Source of the DNA: Eledone cirrhosa | Lineage: Eukaryota | NCBI GenBank assembly: GCA_964016885.1 | Contig: OZ024760.1 | Coordinates: 20,832,001 to 20,896,000 of the forward strand | Direction of reading: 5' to 3' | Length of the DNA: 64,000 nucleotides | In this document: positions 12,178 to 24,965 of the stretch, one piece after another | How positions within the stretch are numbered: the first letter of the stretch is position 1 | Layout: the number at the start of each line of letters is the position of its first letter | Made by a program: the position numbers and the translations under genes | Notes under the pieces: generated by a model | Database searches by the model: none | Seen by the model: the letters and a program-made list of their open reading frames with translations, nothing else | Told to the model about the DNA's origin: nothing

Positions 12178-14288
12178 CTGTAATGTTTTAGAAATAAATA
12201 AATATATATTAATAATGGTTTCTTATATATGCACATGGCCAGCAATTTGGGGGGAGGGGGAAGTCAATTAAATCGATCCCAGTGCGTGACTGGTAGTTTA
12301 TTTTATCGGCCCCCGTAAGGATGAAAGGCAAAGTTAACCTCGGGGGGATTTGAACTCAGACCATAGAGGGCCGTAACTCTATGCTGCAAAGCATGGCGTC
12401 CGACCCTCTACCGATACTGCCAATCCACCGCCCTATATACATATTAATAATAAGCATGGACAAGGTGTCAAATCTTCATTAAGTTTATTTAGGTGTGATG
12501 TGCGTTTTGCAATTGATTAGCATAAGGTTTCTATCGATTGGGCCTGATTCTGGAATCAAAAGCTCATCAGAGTTCTGTTACTTTAATGATGGAATGTTTG
12601 CGCACTATATAGATATGCATACACATATGTATATATATATTAGTAAATACAGAAGATCGACTGCAAGCTTGGCAGTTACTTATATTGCCACTCTGCATCA
12701 TAACATGTATTGATTACTTCTTTGATTTGTGGTCTTCCTGGTCCCAGTACAGCAGATTATCAATGAAAAACAAAAGGCCAGATTCCAATAATTTCTTTTA
12801 TTGTTACATAATACGCATTTTTGTGGCTGATTAACTTATGTTACCAGACAATGAAGTGAAACAATCTACAACGTCATCAGATGGTATGAACATAATACAT
12901 TTAGTTAGGTAACCCTTACTGGAGTACAGCAAAATATAAACAAAGAATCAGTGATATGGAGGTGGCCAAGCTAGCCATGTTAATGCTAACACTGCACGAC
13001 CTCCATATGTTTATACAATAGACCAGCAGTCGCCAACTGGTGGTCTGCAAACCACTGGTGGTCCAGGAGAACATGTTGGTGGTCTGCAGAAAAATTTGGG
13101 CATTATTTGCAATTTTTATGTTTTATCTATATACATAAACTAATAGAATGGCTCGGTGTTGCTCGGGCTTCTAAACATAGATTGGCATGTTTATCCCTCC
13201 TTTCTGAAACAGTACAGAGAAGTACAGAATACCTCAGCCTGGGGAGTGGTGTCTACATTTTGTGCTTATAAAAAAAATGTCGTAGATTACCAGGGGTTTA
13301 ACTTAATTGGGTGCCTGAGAGTAAAATGTTCAACCCATGAAAGCCAAGACGATATGGTTAAGTAAAAAGGCATTCGACAAACCAAACATATATTTGTTGT
13401 GCTATGGTACAATGAAAGTTACAGAGCAGTAAGCATGTGGGACTGCAGTGGTGGAGAGCATGAAGGAATTTAGTTGGATACTTTTAAAGTTACAAAAATC
13501 TACCCAATCTGATATAGACCAAACTGTTATATCGGATGCCAAACGCTTCGGAGTTGACATTGGGGTCACCATCAACAATTTCAAGGGATAATATAGTCTA
13601 TAAAGAGAGGTAACTCTTTCAAAATACTAAAGAGTTGTCTCTTTTGAACCTTGTAGACAAAATTGCCGACAAAAAGGGCTTAAAGTTTTAGTGAAAATCA
13701 CGCCTTTAACAACAGAAAATTGAAAAATAAAAGCTGCAGTTAATATGTTTAGACCGCAAGGAATATATAAATGCAAGTTTGAAGTTAATCGGAGTAGAAA
13801 TGTGGATTTGTATAGACTTTGTAAAAATTAGGACACACAGACAATTTCAGTTTTATATATATAGGTGGCAATTTTTGTCTGTTTGTGAACCTAAAACTCA
13901 AAAACTACCAAACAGATCTTGATGAAACTTGACACATGTGTGGGGCTCATGCTCATTTGATTTCTTACGTATATTTCATTTTAATCAAAGGGTTCCCTGG
14001 GGGCTCAAACCCCTGCTGAAAATGTTTCCCTTCGATTTATATGAAATTTAAACCATAGGTAAATGACAAGATACAGACTTTAACCTAACATTATACATAT
14101 ATATAAGATAACCCTGTAATGGACTGGCATCCTGTGCGGAGAGGAGTTTTGTACTCTCAGTTGCTTCATGCCACACAAACTGGGATAAGCCTCTTGAGAC
14201 AGACTTTATACTTATACATATATGGAGAGTAGTATTAGAAAGTGTTAACATTATCTGTAGAATGGTTAGCAATATAGTTACAACTTAC

Positions 14289-14414
14289 ATCTGTTACAAT
14301 TCTCTGGTGCCTCATCATCACCATTTAAACAGTCTTTCTCTCCATCACACAGCCACTGTTGTAGAATACACTTGTTGTTACATCGGAACATATCACTGTT
14401 ACACTCAGTTGTAC
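14289..14414 (-). CDS. LRP1: LRP1-like exon: CR4
   Basis: 126 nt, phase 1-1; [36 protein letters not shown]. Confidence 0.94.
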
Positions 14415-15032
14415 CTAAACGAAAAACCAGTAGAATATAGTAGTGCAATACATTATAGAATAACACAGGAAGATACAGTACAATATACACATATATATAC
14501 GCAAGTAGGGAAAAGCGGACGTAAAATGATGATGATGATATATATTTATGTATGTATATATAAATATTTTATGCATATATAAATATATTTATTTCTAGAC
14601 TCTTTATAATATAGCTATACTCTACTACCTCAAGTATTGAGTATTCTGTTGAGTTAAGATCTAACTAGTTTTAAACTGGTTCTATCTTGATTTATATATA
14701 TATATATATATATATTTATTAAAATAACAGATTAAAGTTGAAGGTAAAGTTAAGGGTGAAAGCAGCAATTCTTTGCTTAAACTTTAATCTGTTATTTTAA
14801 TAAATATTTGTTCTAGGGTTCTTATATATTTGATATATATTTATCCTTATTGAGCCCTCTTTGGATTTTAGTCGTCAAATTTATTATTATTACTATTATT
14901 ATTATATATATATATATATATAGTGAAAGAATGAACTGTAACATGGTTGGCTGTACAACAAGGGGCTTTATTTCAGGTATTCACAACCTCTAACTGGATT
15001 ACCTATAACGATAACTTGTTACCCTATATATA

Positions 15033-15371
15033 TCATCATCATCATTTCATTTTACGTCCACTTTTCCCTGCTTGCAAGGGTGGGACGGGAACTGATTCTG
15101 GCATGATTTCTACAGCTGGATGCCCTTCCTAACACCAACCTCATTTACAGTGAGTGCTGGGTGCTTTTTTGCCGTGGCACCTACACGTCCACTTTACAGT
15201 GGAATGATAGGGACCCAGTCCCTATCATCTCATTTCTACAGCTGAGGAAACTGGAGCAATGTGAAATAAAGTGTCTTGCTCAAGGAAACAACACATCACT
15301 CGGTCTGAGAATTGAACTCACAACCTTTCGATTGCAAGGCCAATGCTCTAACCACTAAGCCATGTGCCTCC
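15033..15371 (-). mobile_element. SINE family A copy
   Basis: Reverse-complement full-length copy. Confidence 0.9.
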
Positions 15372-15749
15372 ATTCTAACCACTAAGCCATGTGCCTCCAT
15401 ATATATATATATATATAGTGTAGGTGACTCAGTGAATTACTGGTGCTGGTACCAAAATAAGCACTCTTTGTGCAGGCAGAGTGTATATATTGGAAAAAAT
15501 GAGGAAGTTTTGTTTACATGTATAAGATTTCTATTGTGTATCGACCTGTTACATGCCTTTCGCAGATGATTGGTTCAAGGTCACCCTACCCATTAACCTA
15601 TAGTTGACCTTGAGCCAATCCTCTGTGAAATGCACGTAACAGGTCGATACACAATAGAAATATGACGTCTAACCCATGCTAGCGTGGAAGAACGGACGTA
15701 AAACGGTGATGATGATGATGATGTAAACAAAACATCCTTGTTTTTTCTG

Positions 15750-15806
<57 letters not shown>

Positions 15807-16011
15807 TTACCTGATTAGTTCTTTTGTTGTTTTTGGTATTGTATGGTTGGGTTTTGCCTACCGCAATTTTCAATTTGTCAAGCTTTTAAACGTAATGTTA
15901 TTACTCTAAGGACCTCCTACCCTTATTGAGTGCTTTGCTACTCATTCCTTATTGTAGGTCGACTTTGCTTGGCCACAGCAAAAGCTTCGATTTTACTAAG
16001 CTTCCACTTGT

Positions 16012-16052
<41 letters not shown>

Positions 16053-16242
16053 TAAACGGAATAGAAAATGCTGACAAATTGTTCACAGTTGAAAAATGGT
16101 TTAATTAGGAATAAAAGAGTATTAGAGATTGTATGGGTTAGTATTCAGTTGTGGTTTTAAGTTTTTACCGGTTGCGCATTTCTAAATGCTTTTCAAAAAT
16201 AATTTTGAGATAGAGTGTCCGTGCTGTTTGCTCTGATCTGTG

Positions 16243-16340
<98 letters not shown>

Positions 16341-16428
16341 GATGATGATGATGATGGTGATGATAGCTGTTACAAGGAAAGGAAAAGAAATGAAATGAAA
16401 GTAACAGGAATTCTAGTATGTTACTTAC

Positions 16429-16584
16429 CACAGCCTCCTTCAACAAAAGTACTGTTCTCATCAGAATTATCACCACAATCATTGTCTCCATCACACACCC
16501 ATTCATTAGTTATACATAAACCATTATAACAGGAAAACTCATCTTGGGCCTTGCATTTGTCTGGATATTTGTAACCTTTGATAG
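16429..16584 (-). CDS. LRP1: LRP1-like exon: LDLa repeat 1 of cluster II (CR3)
   Basis: 156 nt, phase 1-1; [33 protein letters not shown]...GGC. Confidence 0.94.
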
Positions 16585-16747
16585 CTGGAAATAATTCAAT
16601 ATTTTATATTATGTCTTTTGATAAAAAAAAAATTTTTTTTTACTTTTTCATTATTTTATTTCAAAATACTCAAACATATTCCTAGAATAGAATTGCATAA
16701 ACATAATAAAGAATTTAATATTTAGTTAAACATACAGTAGCCACCAC

Positions 16748-17490
16748 ACACACACACTCGTAATACCCCCACACACACTCGTAATACCCCCCCACACACT
16801 CGTAATACCCCCACACACACCCGTAATACCTCCACACACACTCGTAATACCCCCCCACACACTCGTAATACCTCCACACACACTCGTAATACCCCCCCAC
16901 ACACTCGTAATACCCCCCCACACACTCGTAATACCCCCCCACACACTCGTAATACCTCCACACACACTCGTAATACCTCCACACACACTCGTAATACCTC
17001 CACACACACTCGTAATACCCCCACACACACTCGTAATACCCCCCCACACACTCGTAATACCCCCCCACACACTCGTAATACCCCCCCACACACTCGTAAT
17101 ACCCCCCCACACACTCGTAATACCTCCACACACACTCGTAATACCCCCCCCCCCCCCCCACACACACACACTCGTAATACCCCCCCCCCCCAACACTCGT
17201 AATACCCCCCCACACTCGTAATACCCCCCCCCCCCCCCACACTCGTAATACCCCCCCCACACTCGTAATACCCCCACCCCCCACACTCGTAATACCCCCC
17301 ACACACTCGTAATACCCCCCACACACTCGTAATACCCCCCCCACACTCGTAATACCCCCCCACACTCGTAATACCCCCCACACACTCGTAATACCCCCCA
17401 CACACTCATAATACCCCCCCCCCCCCACACTCATAATACCCCCACAGATACCCGTAATACCCCCCCCCACACACGTGTAATACCCCCAAC
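16748..17490. repeat. About 21-bp C-rich minisatellite
   Basis: CACACTCGTAATACCCCCCCA with a variable C run. Confidence 0.95.
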
Positions 17491-17572
17491 CACCACCACC
17501 ACCACCACACACACTCACAACACATCAACATCCCCCCCTCCCAACACCTGATGTACAGGTAATGTGTTATAC

Positions 17573-17692
17573 CTGTACATGTGTTGTTCATCAGTTCCTT
17601 CCCTTCAGGACAGGCACAGGTGTATTTATCATCAGGTAGAGACAGGCAGAGGTCAGAACAGCCGCCATTGTTTTCACTGCATTTGTTGCTTC
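17573..17692 (-). CDS. LRP1: LRP1-like exon: EGF after propeller 2
   Basis: 120 nt, phase 1-1; SNKCSENNGGCSDLCLSLPDDKYTCACPEGKELMNNTCT. Confidence 0.93.
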
Positions 17693-17769
17693 CTACGGTT
17701 TAAAGAAAAGGTAAAAATATTTTAGCATCTGGTCAATGAACCTGAACGACCAAGCATAGACAAGTTGAG

Positions 17770-19895
17770 AGAGAAACTGGGTATAAGAGGGATAAGTTGT
17801 GGTGTGCAGGAGGTTATGCTGAGATGGTGTGGACAAAGAAACTGGGTATAAGAGGGATAAGTTGTGGTGTGCAGGAGATAAGGCTGAGATGGTGTGGACA
17901 AAGAAACTGGGTATAAGAGGGATAAGTTGTGGTGTGCAGGAGATAAGGCTGAGATGGTGTGGACAAAGAAACTGGGTATAAGAGGGATAAGTTGTGGTGT
18001 GCAGGAGGTTATGCTGAGATGGTGTGGACAAAGAAACTGGGTATAAGAGGGATAAGTTGTGGTGTGCAGGAGATAAGGCTGAGATGGTGTGGACAAAGAA
18101 ACTGGGTATAAGAGGGATAAGTTGTGGTGTGCAGGAGGTTATGCTGAGATGGTGTGGACAAAGAAACTGGGTATAAGAGGGATAAGTTGTGGTGTGCAGG
18201 AGATAAGGCTGAGATGGTGTGGACAAAGAAACTGGGTATAAGAGGGATAAGTTGTGGTGTGCAGGAGGTTATGCTGAGATGGTGTGGACAAAGAAACTGG
18301 GTATAAGAGGGATAAGTTGTGGTGTGCAGGAGATAAGGCTGAGATGGTGTGGACAAAGAAACTGGGTATAAGAGGGATAAGTTGTGGTGTGCAGGAGGTT
18401 ATGCTGAGATGGTGTGGACAAAGAAACTGGGTATAAGAGGGATAAGTTGTGGTGTGCAGGAGATAAGGCTGAGATGGTGTGGACAAAGAAACTGGGTATA
18501 AGAGGGATAAGTTGTGGTGTGCAGGAGGTTATGCTGAGATGGTGTGGACAAAGAAACTGGGTATAAGAGGGATAAGTTGTGGTGTGCAGGAGATAAGGCT
18601 GAGATGGTGTGGACAAAGAAACTGGGTATAAGAGGGATAAGTTGTGGTGTGCAGGAGGTTATGCTGAGATGGTGTGGACAAAGAAACTGGGTATAAGAGG
18701 GATAAGTTGTGGTGTGCAGGAGATAAGGCTGAGATGGTGTGGACAAAGAAACTGGGTATAAGAGGGATAAGTTGTGGTGTGCAGGAGGTTATGCTGAGAT
18801 GGTGTGGACAAAGAAACTGGGTATAAGAGGGATAAGTTGTGGTGTGCAGGAGATAAGGCCGAGATGGTGTGGACAAAGAAACTGGGTATAAGAGGGATAA
18901 GTTGTGGTGTGCAGGAGATAAGGCTGAGATGGTGTGGACAAAGAAACTGGGTATAAGAGGGATAAGTTGTGGTGTGCAGGAGATAAGGCTGAGATGGTGT
19001 GGACAAAGAAACTGGGTATAAGAGGGATAAGTTGTGGTGTGCAGGAGATAAGGCTGAGATGGTGTGGACAAAGAAACTGGGTATAAGAGGGATAAGTTGT
19101 GGTGTGCAGGAGAGTAGGCTGAGATGGCGTGGACAAAGAAACTGGGTATAAGAGGGATAAGTTGTGGTGTGCAGGAGATAAGGCTGAGATGGCGTGGACA
19201 AAGAAACTGGGTATAAGAGGGATAAGTTGTGGTGTGCAGGAGATAAGGCTGAGATGGTGTGGACAAAGAAACTGGGTATAAGAGGGATAAGTTGTGGTGT
19301 GCAGGAGATAAGGCTGAGATGGCGTGGACAAAGAAACTGGGTATAAGAGGGATAAGTTGTGGTGTGCAGAAGAGAAGGCTGAGATGGTGTGGACAAAGAA
19401 ACTGGGTATAAGAGGGATAAGTTGTGGTGTGCAGGAGATAAGGCTGAGATGGTGTGGACAAAGAAACTGGGTATAAGAGGGATAAGTTGTGGTGTGCAGG
19501 AGGTTATGCTGAGATGGTGTGGACAAAGAAACTGGGTATAAGAGGGATAAGTTGTGGTGTGCAGAAGAGAAGGCTGAGATGGTGTGGACAAAGAAACTGG
19601 GTATAAGAGGGATAAGTTGTGGTGTGCAGGAGAGAAGGCTGAGATGGTGTTGACATGCGACGCGTTAAGAAAGAAACTGGGTATAAGAGGGATAAATTGT
19701 AGTGTGCAGGAGAGAAGGCTGAGATGGTGTTGACATGTGATGTGTTGAGAGAGAAACTGGGTATACGAGGGATAAGTTGTGGTGTGCAAGAGGGAAGGCT
19801 GAGATGGTGTGGACATGTGATGTGTTGAGAAAGAAACTGGGTATAAGAGGGATAAGTTGTGGTGTGCAGGAGGGAAGGCTGAGATGGTGTGGACA
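17770..19895. repeat. 65-bp tandem array derived from an RTE ORF, about 30 copies, with a 130-bp higher-order section
   Basis: AAGAAACTGGGTATAAGAGGGATAAGTTGTGGTGTGCAGGAGATAAGGCTGAGATGGTGTGGACA. Confidence 0.95.
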
Positions 19896-20141
19896 TGTGA
19901 TGCGCATGGAGGATGACCGATGGGTGAAGAAGTGCTAGGAAGTCCCAGTGGAGGGAAGACGCAGTAGAGGTAGACCACGAAAAACATGGGCGGAGGTGGT
20001 GAGAGCAGACCTCAGATCGCTGAAACTCACAGAGGAGATGACGAAGGACCGTGACTGGTGGAGAAATGCTGTGCTGAATAGGACCCGTCCAACCCTTGCA
20101 AGCAGGGAAAAGCGGACGTAAAATGATAATGATGATGATGA
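19830..20141 (+). mobile_element. RTE LINE 3' end (source of the 65-bp array; shares its tail with SINE A)
   Basis: LRWCGHVMRMEDDRWVKKC..GRPRKTWAEVV..DRDWWR; tail CCCTTGCAAGCAGGGAAAAGCGGACGTAAAATGAT. Confidence 0.85.
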
Positions 20142-20356
20142 GACACATAGACATATATACACACATGCAGACATATATAGAGAGAGAGACACAGACACAC
20201 ACACACACACTCATGCACAGATAGTGAGAGAGACGCATACACACACACACACACTCACAGAGAGCTGGAGAGACAGAGAAAGAGAGTTTATGAAACACAT
20301 ACACACACACACACTCATTCAGATTCAGGCAAGTTGGTATGAAATAGGTTAAAGTG

Positions 20357-21886
20357 GGCACATCCACTTTACAGAGTGGACTGGGTGTTATTTCTTGTGG
20401 TACCAACACATCCACTTTACAGAGTGGACTGGGTGTTATTTCTTGTAGTACCAGCACATCTACTTTACAGAGTGGACTGGGTGTTATTTCTTGTGGTACC
20501 AACACATCCACTTTACAGAGCGGCCTGGGTGTTATTTCTTGTGGTACCAACACAACCACTTTACAGAGCGGCCTGGGTGTTATTTCTTGTGGTACCAACA
20601 CATCCACTTTACAGAGTGGACTGGTTGTTATTTCTTGTGGTACCAACACATCCACTTTACAGAGCGGCCTGGGTGTTATTTCTTGTGGTACCAACACATC
20701 CACTTTACAGAGCGGCCTGGGTGTTATTTCTTGTGGTACCAACACATCCACTTTACAGAGCGGCCTGGGTGTTATTTCTTGTGGTACCAACACATCCACT
20801 TTACAGAGCGGCCTGGGTGTTATTTCTTGTGGTACCAACACATCCACTTTACAGAGCGGCCTGGGTGTTATTTCTTGTGGTACCAACACATCCACTTTAC
20901 AGAGTGGACTGGGTGTTATTTCTTGTGGTACCAACACATCCACTTTACAGAGTGGACTGGGTGTTATTTCTTGTGGTACCAACACATCCACTTTACAGAG
21001 TGGACTGGGTGTTATTACTTGTGGTACCAGCACATCCACTTTACAGAGTGGACTGGGTGTTATTTCTTGTGGTACCAACACATCCACTTTACAGAGCGGC
21101 CTGGGTGTTATTTCTTGTGGTACCAACACATCCACTTTACAGAGTGGACTGGGTGTTATTTCTTGTGGTACCAACACATCCACTTTACAGAGTGGACTGG
21201 GTGTTATTACTTGTGGTACCAGCACATCCACTTTACAGAGTGGACTGGGTGTTATTTCTTGTGGTACCAACACATCCACTTTACAGAGCGGCCTGGGTGT
21301 TATTTCTTTGGTACCAACACATCCACTTTACAGAGCGGCCTGGGTGTTATTTCTTGTGGTACCAACACATCCACTTTACAGAGCGGCCTGGGTGTTATTT
21401 CTTGTGGTACCAACACATCCACTTTACAGAGCGGCCTGGGTGTTATTTCTTGTGGTACCAACACATCCACTTTACAGAGCGGCCTGGGTGTTATTTCTTG
21501 TGGTACCAACACATCCACTTTACAGAGCGGCCTGGGTGTTATTTCTTGTGGTACCAACACATCCACTTTACAGAGCGGCCTGGGTGTTATTTCTTGTGGT
21601 ACCAACACATCCACTTTACAGAGCGGCCTGGGTGTTATTTCTTGTGGTACCAGCACATCCACTTTACAGAGTGGACTGGGTGTTATTTCTTGTGGTACCA
21701 ACACATCCACTTTACAGAGCGGCCTGGGTGTTATTTCTTGTGGTACCAACACATCCACTTTACAGAGCGGCCTGGGTGTTATTTCTTGTGGTACCAACAC
21801 ATCCACTTTACAGAGCGGCCTGGGTGTTATTTCTTGTGGTACCAACACATCCACTTCTACAGAGTGGACTGGGTGTTATTTCTTGT
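20357..21886. repeat. 48-bp tandem array, about 32 copies
   Basis: GGTACCAACACATCCACTTTACAGAGCGGCCTGGGTGTTATTTCTTGT. Confidence 0.95.
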
Positions 21887-22064
21887 TGATGTTGTGACGC
21901 CCAGCACTGTGGGAGAGCAGTGTGCGCAGCTTTCCATGCGTGCATGAAGAGGGTGAATGAGAAAAGTGTATCAGACGTGCGGGGAGTGGGGGAAACGGGA
22001 TTTTTGAAAGAAATAAAATGAAACAAAACAAAAGCACTAATGAAGTAAATAAATGTTTTATTAC

Positions 22065-22266
22065 CTGGAGGAAGTTTCTTGGTGAAAAGTGTTAGACTGT
22101 GTGATAGTATGCTGTCGGCACTTCGAAGTGTATAATGGTCTTTGGTCTTCAGATTGTAGGCATTCAATGATGCTGAAGCCGTGTAATAAAGAACCTCTTT
22201 GTACACCACTAAATCATTGGGGTACTGCAGCCGAGGGTCCATTTTAGATGAAAGAACCTCTTTACG
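22065..22266 (-). CDS. LRP1: LRP1-like exon: end of beta-propeller 2
   Basis: 202 nt, phase 0-1; RKEVLSSKMDPRLQYPNDLVVYKEVLYYT...KKLPP. Confidence 0.87.
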
Positions 22267-22918
22267 CTGAAGAGAAAGAAAGAGGTATGGGAGTTATTAT
22301 TAGGGTGGGCGATTGGCAGTATCAATAGAGCATTGGACAACATGCTTTAAAGCATAGAGTTACGGCCCTTTACGGTCTGAGTTCAAATCACACCAAAGTT
22401 AGATTTGCCTTTCATCCTTATGGGGGTCGATAAAATAAAGTAGCAGTAATGCACTGAGGTTCATTTAATTGACTTTCTCCTCCCCCCCAAAATTGCTGGC
22501 TTTGTACCTAAAGTAGAAATCATTATTATCCCACCGAGGTTAACTTTGCCTTTCATCCTTACGGGGGTTGATAAAACAAAGTACCAGTAATGCACTGGGG
22601 TAATTGCTGGCCTTGTGCCAAAAGTAGAAACAATTATTATTTCTATGGTCTTAACTTTGATGTGTAGCTAAGAAGATTGTATCACAACAATCAAGTGTTT
22701 ATGAGTTCAACCCTACCCCACTAAACAACAAGGCCTTGGGATCATCACCGTTTAATGTCTTATTTGTCCACACTTTCAGAGGTCAGATGGGTCGTCCATG
22801 TTATGAGACAAGTCAGGCCAGTTGGCCACACCAAACCTTGCTCAAATGGAACTGTATTTTGGCTGGGTTTTTTTTACAGCTGGATGTCCTTCCAAACACC
22901 AACCACATTTACAGTGTG

Positions 22919-22949
<31 letters not shown>

Positions 22950-22981
22950 AGATCAAAAGATGGTTAAAGGAGTTCCATGTA

Positions 22982-23048
22982 TTTTATTATGCGCATTTCA
23001 AAAACAAACACCATCATGCAATAATATTTGTGTTTTCATCAGATAAAA
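22982..23048 (-). ncRNA. Minimal type-I hammerhead ribozyme, same family as 6464, on the LRP1 sense strand
   Basis: TTTTAT-CTGATGA-AAACACAAATATTATT gcat GATGGTGTTTGTTTTT-GAAA-TGCGCA-TA-ATAAAA. Confidence 0.8.
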
Positions 23049-23207
23049 CAGGATGACATGATATGAAGGCTAAAAAACACTTGTGGATAGTGCAGTTTTA
23101 AATCAACATCTTATATATTATGTATACTCCAGTCCTACAAACTGTAGAGTGCTTCTTATCCGATATCTGCATTGCTTTATTGTACTACAATAAAACTCAC
23201 CTCCTAC

Positions 23208-23257
<50 letters not shown>

Positions 23258-24329
23258 AAGTTAAATAAAAAGTCAAATGTTTAAAATTTAGCTTCGTTTA
23301 TTGCTGCTATATATATTACAGTGACAGCCATCTTTGGCTGTGACCTCTTCAGGCAGTCCGAATTAGTGTGGTATAGACAAGTACATATGTTGTTGAGGTG
23401 TATAATATTGTCAATACTCCAACATATACTCAAAATCTCTATATATATAGATATAGAGGAGTGAAGAATAACATGGATCGGCTATAGATTAGGGTTTATT
23501 CCAAGTCTTAACAAATGTTTCATTGGTCCGGTGTATCTAAAAATTGTTATCTGTAGTGCTACCAAAATACATATTTTGATAATTTGGCTGGTGGTAACTG
23601 TACTTAAAATTGATTGTCATGGTAGCAATACAGATAACGATTTTTAGACACATCGGACCAATGAAACATTTGTTAATACTTGAAATAAACCCTACTGTAT
23701 AGCTTATCCGTGTTAGTCTTCACTCCTTTATTATTAATACTCCAGGAGCTGCTTACCTAGGAACTATCTGGAACCGGCCACTGGAACACCACAACTAAGT
23801 AAACAACGCCGAACATTAGAATCCTCCACTGTACAGATTACACATAACCTCTATTTGGATTACCTTACACCTCACCAAGACAATGTCACTGGACCGAGAC
23901 CTTTGGCGGTACTCAGTAATAGAGAAGACCCGCCTTGCCAGTAGGCATCTCTAACAAAATACACCCCCCCCCCCATCCACACCACCCCGTTCTATGTAAA
24001 GTTATGTTGGTGCCGCGCCATCCAGGCCGAAACAAATGAGATCGTGTAGGTGTCACGACAAAAAAACACACAGTCCATGCTGTAATGTGGCCGTGTAGGC
24101 AACACGGTAAAAACCGCCCAGACCCACACTGTAAATGTGGTTGGTGTTAGGAAGGGCATCCAACTGTAGAAAACCTGCCAGACAGTCCTATGCGAGCAAG
24201 ACAATCACTCTTGCCTCAAGTGGGACTACCCCCGTCCAAACCCATGCAAGCGTGGAACACGGACGTTAAACGTTGATGACGATGATGATGATGATACCTC
24301 GTTTACTATATATATATATATATATATAT

Positions 24330-24561
24330 AGACTTTTTGTTGATCCAGTGGGATCTGTCATGGTAAAGAAAAGTCTTACGTGCATGGAGGATCACTTCCT
24401 GCTCGGCTACGGTAATAGTGGTTAAGTTCCTCCCTTTAGCCGAGCAGGAAGTGATCCTCCATGCACGTAAGACTTTTCTTTACCATGACAGATCCCACTG
24501 GATCAACAAAAAGTCTGAGACCCCCTTCGACGTTAGCATGGGTGCTAGCAACTCAGCTGAA

Positions 24562-24562
<1 letters not shown>
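24330..24562 (+). mobile_element. Penelope-like retroelement RT fragment with an inverted duplication
   Basis: Encodes VILHARKTFLYHDRSHWINKKSETPFDVSMGASNSAE, resembling the HARKSLLF...W.KK...FDVTMGxxDGAE RT motif of Penelope-like elements; 80-bp perfect inverted arms; flanking direct repeat ACCTCGTTTACTA at about 24296 and 24596. Confidence 0.7.
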
Positions 24563-24597
<35 letters not shown>

Positions 24598-24619
24598 CTC
24601 GTTTACTACATATATATAT

Positions 24620-24965
24620 GGAGACACATGGCTTAGTGGTTAGAGCATTGGCCTTGCAATCGAAAGGTTGTGAGTTCAATTCTCAGACCGGGTGATGTGT
24701 TGTTTCCTTGAGCAAGACACTTTATTTCACATTGCTCCAGTTTCCTCAGCTGTAGAAATGAGATGATAGGGACTGGGGTCCCTATCATTCCACTGCAAAG
24801 TGGTTGTGGAGGTGCCACGGCAAAAAAAGCACCCAGCACTCACTGTAAATGAGGTTGGTGTTAGGAAGGGCATCCAGCTGTAGAAATCAAGCCAGAATCA
24901 GTTCCCGTCTCACCCTTGCAAGCAGGGAAAAGCGGACGTAAAATGATGATGATGATGATGATGAT
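24620..24965 (+). mobile_element. SINE family A copy
   Basis: Full-length copy. Confidence 0.9.

Noticed and set aside
12520-12580. CTGATGA...GAAAC on minus
   Set aside because: No consistent stems I or III.
13022-13095. hAT-like terminus (also a mariner-like end near 45645 and Helitron-like CTAG ends near 4060 and 4395)
   Set aside because: Single ends without a partner terminus or target duplication; too weak to annotate.
17693-21947. Long ORFs of 245-591 aa
   Set aside because: They are translations of 65-bp and 48-bp tandem arrays, open in several frames and strands; intronic.
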